A DNA stretch of 64,000 nucleotides from contig CAIWIS010000237.1 of the NCBI GenBank assembly GCA_903912795.1, positions 15,736-79,735 of the forward strand, read 5' to 3'. Within the stretch, counting starts at the first letter, position 1. Each line of letters begins with the position of its first letter. The notes beneath the pieces are model-generated. The model was not told the DNA's origin, ran no database searches, and was given only the letters and a program-made list of their open reading frames with translations. Source of the DNA: an uncultured Bacteroidales bacterium. GTDB lineage: Bacteria; Bacteroidota; Bacteroidia; Bacteroidales; Paludibacteraceae. Made by a program: the position numbers and the translations under genes. Positions 8,875 through 17,835 of the stretch are shown one piece after another.

Positions 8875-8906
8875 ATCAACTAGTTAGCTTGTTATATAAA
8901 TTTTAT

Positions 8907-8936
8907 AAAAAAAAGGGGCAGCATAGCTAACCCCTT
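8907..8936 (-). terminator. rho-independent terminator after the scaffold gene
   Basis: Minus strand reads AAGGGGttagctatgctgCCCCTT followed by a T run. Confidence 0.7.
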
Positions 8937-8946
8937 GAAATTATTA

Positions 8947-9936
8947 CTATTTTGGACGTAAACTAAAAAAATCTTTCATATAATATTTTTCTGCAGGTTT
9001 TTCTTGTTTGTCAACTTTAGAACCAGTATCTTGAATTTTTGGTTTTTGTGGAGTTGGAGGTGCAGCTTTACGTTGTTGTACTTGAGATTTTCTATAATTA
9101 TTTAAACGCTCTTTTGTTGCAAACATTTCAAGAACTTCATCACTAGAACTTCCAAGCAAAGACGCTACTTCTTCACGATATTGTTTTTCAACCAAAGGAA
9201 TTACATCTTTAGCTGATACATTATAATAACCTTTTTGCATAGCTAGTAACATAGTTTGAGCAACACGTTGCATAACCGCAGGATTACGTTTAGGTAAAAT
9301 AGATTTAGAATCTTCTAGAGCTGACGTAATATCGTTTTCAATTTGTGTAGCTTGTTCGTTTTTCATACGTTCAAGTTCAGCTTTAGATGCTCTTTCAGAA
9401 GATTCTTTTTCTTTCTTTTTATAATCTTCCAATTCTTTACGCATTTTTTCAGCTTCAAGTTGTTCTGGAGATTTTTTCATTTCTTCAATTTTACGAGAAA
9501 GACGTTTTTCAGCTAAATCATCAACATTCAAACCCATTTGCTCAAGGAAAGCTTCTGGATCATTTTGTAACATTTCAAATGCAGCTTCAACTTGAGTTTT
9601 GTATCCAGAAAATTCTTTTAGACGTTTATCAAATGCTTTAGATTTTTGAAGATGTCTTTTTAGTCCTTCATCATCTGAAAAATCAACTTCTTCATCAAAT
9701 TCTTGACCATCAACTTTAATTTTAAGTTTCTTTTTTAAAGCTTGAGCTTCTTTTCTAGAAATATCTCCAGCTTTTTGTGCAGCATTAATTGCTGATTCTT
9801 CTGAAAATTCAGCAGCTTCAGCGGCCTCTAAAGATTCATTATCTAAACCTTCAGAAATTTCACTAGATTCTACTGGTACAGCATCTGCAACCACTTCACT
9901 AACTACATCAGAAATTACATTCTGAACTTCACTCAT
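8947..9936 (-). CDS. scaffolding protein (candidate)
   Basis: 329 aa, very acidic N-terminus, long K/E-rich predicted coiled coil, located between the portal region and the capsid gene. Confidence 0.55.
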   Translation of the reverse strand: MSEVQNVISDVVSEVVADAVPVESSEISEGLDNESLEAAEAAEFSEESAINAAQKAGDISRKEAQALKKKLKIKVDGQEFDEEVDFSDDEGLKRHLQKSKAFDKRLKEFSGYKTQVEAAFEMLQNDPEAFLEQMGLNVDDLAEKRLSRKIEEMKKSPEQLEAEKMRKELEDYKKKEKESSERASKAELERMKNEQATQIENDITSALEDSKSILPKRNPAVMQRVAQTMLLAMQKGYYNVSAKDVIPLVEKQYREEVASLLGSSSDEVLEMFATKERLNNYRKSQVQQRKAAPPTPQKPKIQDTGSKVDKQEKPAEKYYMKDFFSLRPK

Positions 9937-10002
9937 ACATTTCTCCTCGACTTTAATAGTCAGATTAAGTCGTCCATTATGGATAGACTTATGTATTTTT
10001 AT

Positions 10003-10302
10003 TTATTTTAATAATTTTTTAAATCTTTTAGGTTGTTCTTCAGAAACGTCTAAAGCAGGTTTTACTTCACCTTGCCTTAATTCATTACTCATCGCTTCCA
10101 ATTCCATATCAGAAAGTTCTGGAGCTTTAGGTAACATAACGCCAGATTTTTGATTAGTACCTTGAACAGCTTTTTCAAATAATCTACGCTGTTCTTCAGT
10201 CATTCCAGGAAGTCCTTCTGGTGGAGGAGGAACAGGTTCTAAATTTATTGGACTAAAATATTCCTGAATTTTTCTTATTTTTTTCTTAGTTAATTCATCC
10301 AT
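10003..10302 (-). CDS. hypothetical protein
   Basis: 99 aa, AAGGA SD, in the head-gene operon. Confidence 0.55.
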   Translation of the reverse strand: MDELTKKKIRKIQEYFSPINLEPVPPPPEGLPGMTEEQRRLFEKAVQGTNQKSGVMLPKAPELSDMELEAMSNELRQGEVKPALDVSEEQPKRFKKLLK

Positions 10303-10311
10303 TTGTAATCC

Positions 10312-11028
10312 TTAAGGTTTTTTTAAATTTAATTCTGGTTGTACTGGAACAACTTGTTGTACTGAAGGTTGAAATAATTTTTGAAAATTTTGTTGTGGAG
10401 TACCTTCAATATACGGTAAATATTTATCCATCAATTCTTTTTTAGTATGAGGATTTTTAATATCGTCTAAAATATATTTTAAATTAGCTTTTTCTTCTGG
10501 TGTAAATGTTTGAAATGTTTGTGAAAAATCTATTGGTCCACCATACATTTCAGCTTCTTTAAATCTACGGCTTAAAATTCCTGGATCTCTTTGTTTATTT
10601 GTTCCAAGAATCATTTCTCTCATTGCACCGATAGAATCACTATCAGCTACTCGTCCCATAAATTTTGGACCAAGATTATTTAAAGATTGATACCCCATTG
10701 ATAAAATTGCTGCTTTTTGATGCGGAGGTAATGATTCATATAAATCACCATCTATACGATTTTTAATTAATGCTTCTCTTTTAGGTAAATATGAAGTATG
10801 AATATCATCTAATTCATTTTCATTCATTTTACGATTTCCTGAAATAACTTCATCAGGATCAATACCCTTTAAATTCATTATTCCTCGAACATCAGGGTCA
10901 GTTAATTTTAAACCTGCACCAATAGTAGGATGACCTTCACTGTCTTTATAAACATCAGAGTTAAATCCTTCAACATCTCTAATTAAATTTTTAGATAAAC
11001 CAATATAATCGCCCATATTATTTAACAT
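10312..11028 (-). CDS. T4-lysozyme-like (GH24) muramidase domain protein
   Basis: EGFNSDVYKDSEGHPTIGAG matches the T4 lysozyme catalytic E-x8-D-x5-T block (EG...YKD.EG..TIG.G). Overlaps the portal stop by 11 nt, so it may be virion-associated. Confidence 0.7.
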   Translation of the reverse strand: MLNNMGDYIGLSKNLIRDVEGFNSDVYKDSEGHPTIGAGLKLTDPDVRGIMNLKGIDPDEVISGNRKMNENELDDIHTSYLPKREALIKNRIDGDLYESLPPHQKAAILSMGYQSLNNLGPKFMGRVADSDSIGAMREMILGTNKQRDPGILSRRFKEAEMYGGPIDFSQTFQTFTPEEKANLKYILDDIKNPHTKKELMDKYLPYIEGTPQQNFQKLFQPSVQQVVPVQPELNLKKP

Positions 11029-13048
11029 TTCCTAATGATGCAGCTTGTAACTCAGGATTAGGTAACAATCCTCCAGGAACTTTAGCTGGTTTTGGTAAAT
11101 TCTCAGGCACAGTTCCCTGTTGTCCCATTTGTGTAGCAACAGGTGCTCCACCCATCATATCAGGCAATTGTCCTGGATTTGGAGGAGGAGGCGCAGCTTG
11201 TGGAGCTTGTTGTTGGGCTTGTTGTGGAGCTAGTGGTTGTTGTCCAAGTACAGCAAGTAAATCTGGATCAGTATTTCTTAATAAATCAACGTGTTCTTGG
11301 ATATGTTGACTAACTCTTTGGACTAATTGTGTATCAAAACGTAAATCTGGATCAGAAAGCACTGAAGCATGTTCTTTAATATGTAAAACGTGTTCATCGG
11401 TAAAGACAGCAATAACTGGTTTACCAGCAATCATCGCTTCATTTTCACCTTTAGTTAAATAAAGCTGAGATTGAGTATCTTCAGTCATCATATCTAATGA
11501 ACCAGTATCAATAACCGCCATATATTGTTCTGCAGTTTTAATAACGCCCATTTGCATCATTTGTTCGGCCATTTCAACACGACCAGCAGTAGTTCTAGCT
11601 AATGGATTACCAATATCAACCACAACTCTATTAACGGAATCTAAATCATCGCCTCTAAATTCTTTTAAATAGCTTTTTTTATTTTTACCAACAATGTTAG
11701 CAACACGAGGAACTGTAGCATGATCTTTAAGCACATTAATAATACCAGTACCTAAATCTTCAATGAGCATAACGTAAGATTGTTGTAATCCTGACATAAA
11801 TTGAAGTGTCATAGATTGAATAAGAGCTAATGCATTACCTGAACGAAGATTAGGATCTGGATTTCCACGAGCAACAGAGTTAACTCCAGAAATAGTTTCC
11901 ATAGTTTTTTCAAGCATTTGTAAGAATTGAAATACTTCAGCAGGGGTTTGAGTTAAATTTAATGGTCTTACTTGACCATTAGTTTCATTTGCCTCAATAA
12001 CATTCAATCCTCCAGAAAGTTCTGAAATATGAACATCAGAACCTTTAGGAACAAGGATATTTTGAACACCAAATGCAGTTTGATTTGTTAAAATTGTTGA
12101 ATATAATGAATTTACAGCATCTTGAATATTTAAAAGGTCAAACATTGGAGTATATCCATATGGAGTACCTAGATAGTATGCCGGAGCTATAGCATAAATA
12201 GGAAGATCTCTATATGGCATTGGAGAATCTAATAATACACAGTCTCCTGATAAATACAAAAGATAACGACCATCAGGCATAGATTCAGTTCTGTTATGAA
12301 AAAACTCATAAACAGGAATTAAATCTGTTTCATCATAGCTATAACTATGTAAAGCGTGTTTCATTACTTCAGATTTTGAAGGTAACGCTAAAATTTTATC
12401 TTTTAATTCTGGATATTTAGCGGCTAAGTCAAAACGATTTTTAAATGATCTTGAAATAACCCAATCATGTTTTCTATCTTCACGGTTAGTATCGAATAAA
12501 ACGTCGAATGGTGAAATATTTTGGAATTCAATATCACCTTCACGAATTTCAATATCCAATTCTTCGTTATACTCATAGACTTCACCACGAGTAGCGTTCC
12601 ATTCCATTTTAATGTAACCAGAACCAAAAACAATTGCATATTCTACGGCAGTTTTAAGATATTCTTCAAGTCTATGATCTCTCATATAATAGTCTAATAG
12701 ACCATTAGCAAGAGTTGTTTGAACTACCGATTTATAATCAGTATTGATACTTCTAGCTTGCATTGCAGGGCGAGTTGAAGTAATCATATTAAGCATATGT
12801 TGAGCGATATTACGAATATGATTAACTCCAAGTTGAGTTAATTCGCCTTGTTCTCCACCAAAAGATACGGTATGTGATTCTCCGTTATCTTTAAAGAATA
12901 CTCCATGATATGCTGCCCACATTGTACGCAATTTATCAAGGTAACCAACAGAATCTAAAGTTTGAAACCAATCAGTAGCCCTATGTACTAAAATTTCAGC
13001 AGTTTCTTCTGCTGGTTTGGACGCGAAATATATAGGATCATGCGACAT
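11018..13048 (-). CDS. portal protein
   Basis: 676 aa ORF directly downstream of the large terminase, with a Q/P-rich C-terminal tail. The call rests on position and size. Confidence 0.65.
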   Translation of the reverse strand: MSHDPIYFASKPAEETAEILVHRATDWFQTLDSVGYLDKLRTMWAAYHGVFFKDNGESHTVSFGGEQGELTQLGVNHIRNIAQHMLNMITSTRPAMQARSINTDYKSVVQTTLANGLLDYYMRDHRLEEYLKTAVEYAIVFGSGYIKMEWNATRGEVYEYNEELDIEIREGDIEFQNISPFDVLFDTNREDRKHDWVISRSFKNRFDLAAKYPELKDKILALPSKSEVMKHALHSYSYDETDLIPVYEFFHNRTESMPDGRYLLYLSGDCVLLDSPMPYRDLPIYAIAPAYYLGTPYGYTPMFDLLNIQDAVNSLYSTILTNQTAFGVQNILVPKGSDVHISELSGGLNVIEANETNGQVRPLNLTQTPAEVFQFLQMLEKTMETISGVNSVARGNPDPNLRSGNALALIQSMTLQFMSGLQQSYVMLIEDLGTGIINVLKDHATVPRVANIVGKNKKSYLKEFRGDDLDSVNRVVVDIGNPLARTTAGRVEMAEQMMQMGVIKTAEQYMAVIDTGSLDMMTEDTQSQLYLTKGENEAMIAGKPVIAVFTDEHVLHIKEHASVLSDPDLRFDTQLVQRVSQHIQEHVDLLRNTDPDLLAVLGQQPLAPQQAQQQAPQAAPPPPNPGQLPDMMGGAPVATQMGQQGTVPENLPKPAKVPGGLLPNPELQAASLGNVK

Positions 13049-13063
13049 TTTGGCACCTCAACA

Positions 13064-13079
13064 TATTATAACTTGTTAA
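13064..13079 (-). promoter_or_regulatory. late-promoter-like motif TTAACAAGT-N6-A (portal operon)
   Basis: Minus strand reads TTAACAAGTtataatA, then GAGGTG SD and ATG at 13048. Confidence 0.5.
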
Positions 13080-13080
13080 T

Positions 13081-14619
13081 TTACGTCTTTTTTCTAAACG
13101 ACGATTTTGGGATAAACGACTGTTCTAAGCGTTTAAATCGCTCTGCAGTACTTCCTCGGTTCTCAGCAGTCTCTTTAACAAAAACATTACTTCTAGATCC
13201 CATTTGCATATATCTATATCCAGCAGGGTATGGATTACGAGTTCTATCGACATTCCGAGTTAAATATATTAAAGCTGCAACGGCATCATAGTGACCATTA
13301 TCAGGACTTCGTTTGAAATCTTTTTTAGATTTATCCCAAGTTGCAGTTTTCATATGAGAAATTAAAGTTTTGCATCTAGGATTAATGATTATTTGTCTAT
13401 TTTCAATCATAGTACGCAATTGAGATATATAAGTTAATTTATCATGCTTTTCTGTAGGTAAAAAAGTGATGTTATGATCCATCTGTAGATCGTTAATAAC
13501 AATTAAGTTATTATCACTTACTCTAAGATACGGTTCTTCAAATTCTCTAGTCATCAAATTGGTCCAGAGATCTTTTTCTTTATTTTTTATTTTATTAGCA
13601 AGAATAGTTGTTGTTGAACTAGGTCCATCTTGAATTAATTCATCTTCAATAACTAAAACTTGGTTGTCATAATCCCAATATGCAAATAGTATTGCGGTTA
13701 AATCCACAAATCCTATATCCATAGCGACATATTTGTCGTAAAATGCTGGTCTAGGCCATTGTTTTATTGTATCTAGTTGAATTTCCTCAGTAAATTCGGG
13801 TAATACTGCTTCAGTTGAGTTAAATACCCTTTTACAAAGATATTCAGTTTGAAAAGATGGATTATTTATACCACCTGGATAACCTTTTAAAATATCAGCG
13901 ACTATTTCATGGGTGATTCGGGGATATGTCTCACTTTGATGGTCAACTATAGCATCAAAAATTGTTTTTCTAATAAGATTATTCTCAATCTCAGCAAATT
14001 CCATATATTCATTAAATTCATGGTCTGGATTTGGAGGAGTAGTTGAAGATAATACAATTCGACCTTTAGTTAATGTAGTTAATGGAATAAGAATCGAATT
14101 AATGATATGTTTTAAATCGGTACAGAAACCTGCCTCATCGACAAGAGCTAAATGAGTATTAGAACCCCTTAACTTATCATAGTTTCCATTGTCAGTACCA
14201 GCTAAATGAATTTTAGACCCATTAGGAAAGATCCACATATTATCCTGTTTATTAAAATTAGGTCGAAGATCTAATGGACAGTCTTCTAGCATTACTTCAA
14301 AATCAGGATTTAAGTTTTTACGGATCATTCCGGTTTCAGGTTGAATAAGTTTTACAATAGATTTAGGGTGTTGAATGCATTGTTCTAATGCTAAAATGAT
14401 TAGAAAAAATGATTTACCCAAACGACGAGACGCATTTACTACAACAGTTTTATTTGTATTATTATGGTAAAATTCGTAAAGTTTTTTTTGAGTAGCATCT
14501 AACTTCCAATGCAATATACCCATTTCCCAAAGCCGATCTCTAGCTTCTCTAATTTGAGAATCAGTAACAACTCCAGGTAATGAATTACTCATTGATAGAT
14601 TTCCGTTTTTCTTTGTCAA
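13081..14619 (-). CDS. terminase large subunit
   Basis: Walker A-like NASRRLGKSF, Walker B LALVDEAGF, and a C-terminal RNaseH-like nuclease region (VAMDIGFVD...). An alternative start at 14592 sits in an ATGAGTAA overlap with the upstream stop. Confidence 0.85.
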   Translation of the reverse strand: MTKKNGNLSMSNSLPGVVTDSQIREARDRLWEMGILHWKLDATQKKLYEFYHNNTNKTVVVNASRRLGKSFFLIILALEQCIQHPKSIVKLIQPETGMIRKNLNPDFEVMLEDCPLDLRPNFNKQDNMWIFPNGSKIHLAGTDNGNYDKLRGSNTHLALVDEAGFCTDLKHIINSILIPLTTLTKGRIVLSSTTPPNPDHEFNEYMEFAEIENNLIRKTIFDAIVDHQSETYPRITHEIVADILKGYPGGINNPSFQTEYLCKRVFNSTEAVLPEFTEEIQLDTIKQWPRPAFYDKYVAMDIGFVDLTAILFAYWDYDNQVLVIEDELIQDGPSSTTTILANKIKNKEKDLWTNLMTREFEEPYLRVSDNNLIVINDLQMDHNITFLPTEKHDKLTYISQLRTMIENRQIIINPRCKTLISHMKTATWDKSKKDFKRSPDNGHYDAVAALIYLTRNVDRTRNPYPAGYRYMQMGSRSNVFVKETAENRGSTAERFKRLEQSFIPKSSFRKKT

Positions 14620-14872
14620 AACGAATACCTAGCTTACTTTTTAATTCAATTTTGACATGACGTTGTAATACTTCTAAATTTGACCATTTTTTATTAGATT
14701 CAAAATGAGAAACTCCGGTTACTGGATCAATAAATTTAAATGCAAGTTCTTCAGTATCAATAATGACCCTAACCATTTTGTGACCATTGCTGTAAATTTT
14801 TTTAGAAATTAATAATTTACCGCTAATGTCATATTTTATTCTAGCCCCATAAGTAATTGCTTCAGATTCCAT
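14585..14872 (-). CDS. hypothetical protein
   Basis: 95 aa, overlaps the terminase start. Confidence 0.5.
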   Translation of the reverse strand: MESEAITYGARIKYDISGKLLISKKIYSNGHKMVRVIIDTEELAFKFIDPVTGVSHFESNKKWSNLEVLQRHVKIELKSKLGIRFDKEKRKSINE

Positions 14873-14877
14873 AATTT

Positions 14878-15357
14878 TTACTCTATTTCTTTTTTAGGTT
14901 TAGATGCGATTTGAATTAACTCATCTTTTGAAAGATTTTTAGGTAAACCTTTTTGAGCTTCAATGGTTGTCGCATTACCTTGGGCTAGACGTTTATTTTT
15001 AACTAATAAATCAAAGCGTTTAACTTCATCTAAAGTTAAATCTCGCATCATAGCAGCAGACTTAAGAGCTTTAAGTTGATATTCAGCAATAACTTCTTCA
15101 TCTGATACTATTATTGGAGTAATATCACCAATTACAGGAACTGTTTTCATAAGCATATCCTGTAAATGTCTGATTTCACTAGTTTTTTCTTCAAGTTGTT
15201 TTAATAATTTATCAATTGTTTGAGATAAACCGATATTATGAGCTTGCAATTGCTTAATTTCATCTTTAAGCAAAGCTTCTTTCATTGCGAGGGCAATAGA
15301 ATCTATAGACTGGACATTAGAAGAGTCGTTTTGTGATTTTTGGGAGTTCTTGCTCAT
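14878..15357 (-). CDS. coiled-coil protein (small terminase candidate by position only)
   Basis: 159 aa, heptad-rich, two genes upstream of the large terminase. No DNA-binding motif recognised. Confidence 0.3.
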   Translation of the reverse strand: MSKNSQKSQNDSSNVQSIDSIALAMKEALLKDEIKQLQAHNIGLSQTIDKLLKQLEEKTSEIRHLQDMLMKTVPVIGDITPIIVSDEEVIAEYQLKALKSAAMMRDLTLDEVKRFDLLVKNKRLAQGNATTIEAQKGLPKNLSKDELIQIASKPKKEIE

Positions 15358-15646
15358 TTACTGAAGTCCTTTTGATAGATTTATCTAACGATAGACCAGT
15401 AACTTTACCACTAAGAAGTTCTAATTCTTTTAGGAAATGTTCTTTATCTGAATCTAAACGTGAGATAATTTCTTGGTACTGTTCTACTTTATACTTATAT
15501 AAAAATTTATTATAAGTCATTGATATTACTAGGGAAATTATAGCTAAAGCTTCGCCAATTCCAGCACCAAATAAGATAGTTTTTATCAAAAGGGCCAAAA
15601 AGGATAGCTCAAGCAAATTATCTTTCAAAACGGTAAGTTTTTGCAT
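15317..15646 (-). CDS. membrane protein
   Basis: Two hydrophobic helices at the N-terminus. I prefer ATG 15646 (AAGGA SD) to the TTG at 15652. Confidence 0.5.
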   Translation of the reverse strand: MQKLTVLKDNLLELSFLALLIKTILFGAGIGEALAIISLVISMTYNKFLYKYKVEQYQEIISRLDSDKEHFLKELELLSGKVTGLSLDKSIKRTSVNEQELPKITKRLF

Positions 15647-15757
15647 TGACAAGCGTCCTTATATTTTGTAACCTATATAAGAAATATGTGTTGCGCGTTA
15701 AAGCATTTATATATTTTGGGTAAAGACCCTTCGCTATTTGCTTACACTAAGTTCTTA

Positions 15758-15773
15758 TAGTATAACTTGTTAA
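15758..15773 (-). promoter_or_regulatory. late-promoter-like motif TTAACAAGT-N6-A (terminase operon)
   Basis: Minus strand reads TTAACAAGTtatactA, about 110 nt upstream of the first gene. Confidence 0.5.
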
Positions 15774-15784
15774 TTAAGGCGTTC

Positions 15785-16000
15785 ATGGATTATAGAAAAG
15801 TAAAAAATTTAGAATCTGATATGTTTGATGTAATATACGAATTACATCGAAATTTAAATGTTAAAAATAAAGAACAGTATAGACTATGTTTAATTGCTTT
15901 AGATCAATTAAATATTGAGTATTTTCAATTAACTGGAAAATATTATATTGAACGAAAAAGAATTCTTGATTATTACTCTAAACTATGGGATAATTTTTAA
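15785..16000 (+). CDS. hypothetical protein
   Basis: Uses the ATG at 15785. The track TTG start at 15767 lies inside the minus-strand promoter motif. Confidence 0.5.
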   Translation: MDYRKVKNLESDMFDVIYELHRNLNVKNKEQYRLCLIALDQLNIEYFQLTGKYYIERKRILDYYSKLWDNF

Positions 16001-16003
16001 TAT

Positions 16004-16273
16004 ATGTTAGATTTATTTATAGTTATACAATTTTATTATGTGAATAAATTAGATACTATTAGTGAAAAAACATATCAAGCTGCTTATATTCAAAGCGGAT
16101 TGAATAGTAAAGTTAATGATAGAAAAAAATTTTATAAAGATGAAATTGATTATAAAGTTGATTGGTATAAAAAAGAATATTTAAATGAACGTATTGAAAA
16201 AAATTTAGGCAAAATTATTTTTATAAGCGATTTATTGATTAATAAGAAAGTCGGTGTAACATATGAATTTTAA
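16004..16273 (+). CDS. hypothetical protein
   Basis: 89 aa, tightly packed in the plus-strand small-gene block. Confidence 0.5.
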   Translation: MLDLFIVIQFYYVNKLDTISEKTYQAAYIQSGLNSKVNDRKKFYKDEIDYKVDWYKKEYLNERIEKNLGKIIFISDLLINKKVGVTYEF

Positions 16274-16484
16274 AATGACCTCCAAAGATTTTGAACAATT
16301 GGCAGCTTTTATTGAAAAAAAAGCTAAGGGTACTGAACTTCGTTTTAAATGTGAAGTTGATCAAAAAATGGAAGTCTATATTACTTTAATGAGTGGTGAA
16401 ACTGCAATCATTACGTTTTTTGATGAACAATTAAATAATTTTGCTAAAATAACTAGATCTAGAAATTTAGGAGAAGAACTATGA
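16263..16484 (+). CDS. hypothetical protein
   Basis: 73 aa, overlaps both neighbours by a few nt. Confidence 0.55.
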   Translation: MNFKMTSKDFEQLAAFIEKKAKGTELRFKCEVDQKMEVYITLMSGETAIITFFDEQLNNFAKITRSRNLGEEL

Positions 16485-16735
16485 ACGCTAAATTGCAAAA
16501 AGAACTTATTGATCAATTAGCTGAAATTTGTGAACAACTTGGTTGGTCAATTGGCGTTCCTGCTGATGATGAAAATCAACCAGTTGAAGGTCTAATTGTT
16601 GGCACTGAAGAATTTATTATGTCAATTGTTGAATCTATGGATGCTGAAGCTTCTATGGAAGTATTTAGTAAAGAATCGACTGAAGAAGAATTTAGTGAAC
16701 CTGTTTTATTGGATAAAAAGAAATTGATGCACTAA
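16481..16735 (+). CDS. hypothetical acidic protein
   Basis: 84 aa, GGAG SD, ATGA overlap with the previous gene. Confidence 0.6.
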   Translation: MNAKLQKELIDQLAEICEQLGWSIGVPADDENQPVEGLIVGTEEFIMSIVESMDAEASMEVFSKESTEEEFSEPVLLDKKKLMH

Positions 16736-16917
16736 TGGGATTATTAATTGCGATAATCATTGTTACATATATAATACATTATAGCTTTAAACAAAATTGT
16801 AGGCATTATGAAAACGAATTTAAAAAAATCGAAATCGTTGAAAAAGACGGAAAAATTACTTACAGAGAAAAACTTCAATGTAAAAAATGCGGAAAGTACC
16901 AAATCTACGGAGGTTAA
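16735..16917 (+). CDS. small membrane protein with a C-terminal CxxC
   Basis: 60 aa, N-terminal TM helix, TAATG overlap with the previous stop. Confidence 0.5.
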   Translation: MGLLIAIIIVTYIIHYSFKQNCRHYENEFKKIEIVEKDGKITYREKLQCKKCGKYQIYGG

Positions 16918-16989
16918 AATTAACTTCATGGATTTAATGACTGAAGATATGTGGGATTATATGAATGATTATAATAACGAGGAATTAAA

Positions 16990-17196
16990 ATGCTCTTTGG
17001 ATTAATTTCTATTACTATTTTTACTTTATTTACAGGATATGCTCAATCGGTTATTTTAACTAAATTGGGTGTATCGCCTTTTATTACTATACTTAACGGA
17101 TTTTTAATAGGTATATTTTTACCTAGAATTTTAACTAAATGGATTTATAAAGAAGAAATAGAAGAATTAAAATCTCGATCAAACGAAGAACTTTAA
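16990..17196 (+). CDS. small membrane protein (two TM helices)
   Basis: 68 aa, GAGGA SD. Confidence 0.55.
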   Translation: MLFGLISITIFTLFTGYAQSVILTKLGVSPFITILNGFLIGIFLPRILTKWIYKEEIEELKSRSNEEL

Positions 17197-17275
17197 ATAT
17201 TTTACGTTTAAGAATTTGATTGCTTCTTAATTTTATTTTTTGTTGGTCTTTAATTTTAGATATTCTAGCCATATG

Positions 17276-17818
17276 CTATACTTTTTCTAAAGTTAAAAGT
17301 GAATATTCATTTAAAGTTATAGAATGATTTTCTGTATTACTTTTAATTTGAATTACTAAAGTACCTATAGAAGTTACTTGTAAAAATCCATAAATTAAAA
17401 CTACAAAAGTTGGATCGTCTTTTGTAATAATAGAACCGCTGCCTTGTAACATAGTTACAGATGCAGTATTTGCGGCAATCTTAACTTTAATATCATTAAG
17501 TCCTGAATTACTTGTAAATTTACCAGTAAAATCGAATTTATATATTCCAGGAACTAAATCATCGGTAATTAAATCGGATACATTTGAATATGAATTAGCT
17601 GATGTTGAAACATTGCTAGTTGTATAATAGGAATGTTTAGAATCAGGAGACACCGCGTTCCATGCAGTATCTCCCTCTCCATACTTTAAGAACATCTTGG
17701 AACCATCAGTCAAAATCGCCATAGATCCTGTAGGAGCCGCGAGACCCCCCATTGAGGGGTCCGCATCAACTTCAAAAATCTGAATTTCATTTAACGTAAT
17801 ACTTCCGAGATTAGCCAT
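17276..17818 (-). CDS. fibre-associated protein sharing the N-terminal module of the 909-aa fibre
   Basis: Its N-terminal ~55 aa align with the N-terminus of 17836-20565 (ITL/IGD..I..V...P.MGGL.A..GSM.I......(I/F)LK.G.GD..W). Confidence 0.6.
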   Translation of the reverse strand: MANLGSITLNEIQIFEVDADPSMGGLAAPTGSMAILTDGSKMFLKYGEGDTAWNAVSPDSKHSYYTTSNVSTSANSYSNVSDLITDDLVPGIYKFDFTGKFTSNSGLNDIKVKIAANTASVTMLQGSGSIITKDDPTFVVLIYGFLQVTSIGTLVIQIKSNTENHSITLNEYSLLTLEKV

Positions 17819-17835
17819 TAGCTCGTCCTTTTAGA

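Noticed and set aside
16744-17005. ORFs 16744-16929 (-) and 16808-17005 (+), which overlap 16735-16917.
   Set aside because: They are mutually exclusive with a better-positioned ORF that is coupled to the upstream stop. Only the last 26 codons of 16808-17005 (from ATG 16928) might be real, and that start lacks a well-spaced SD.
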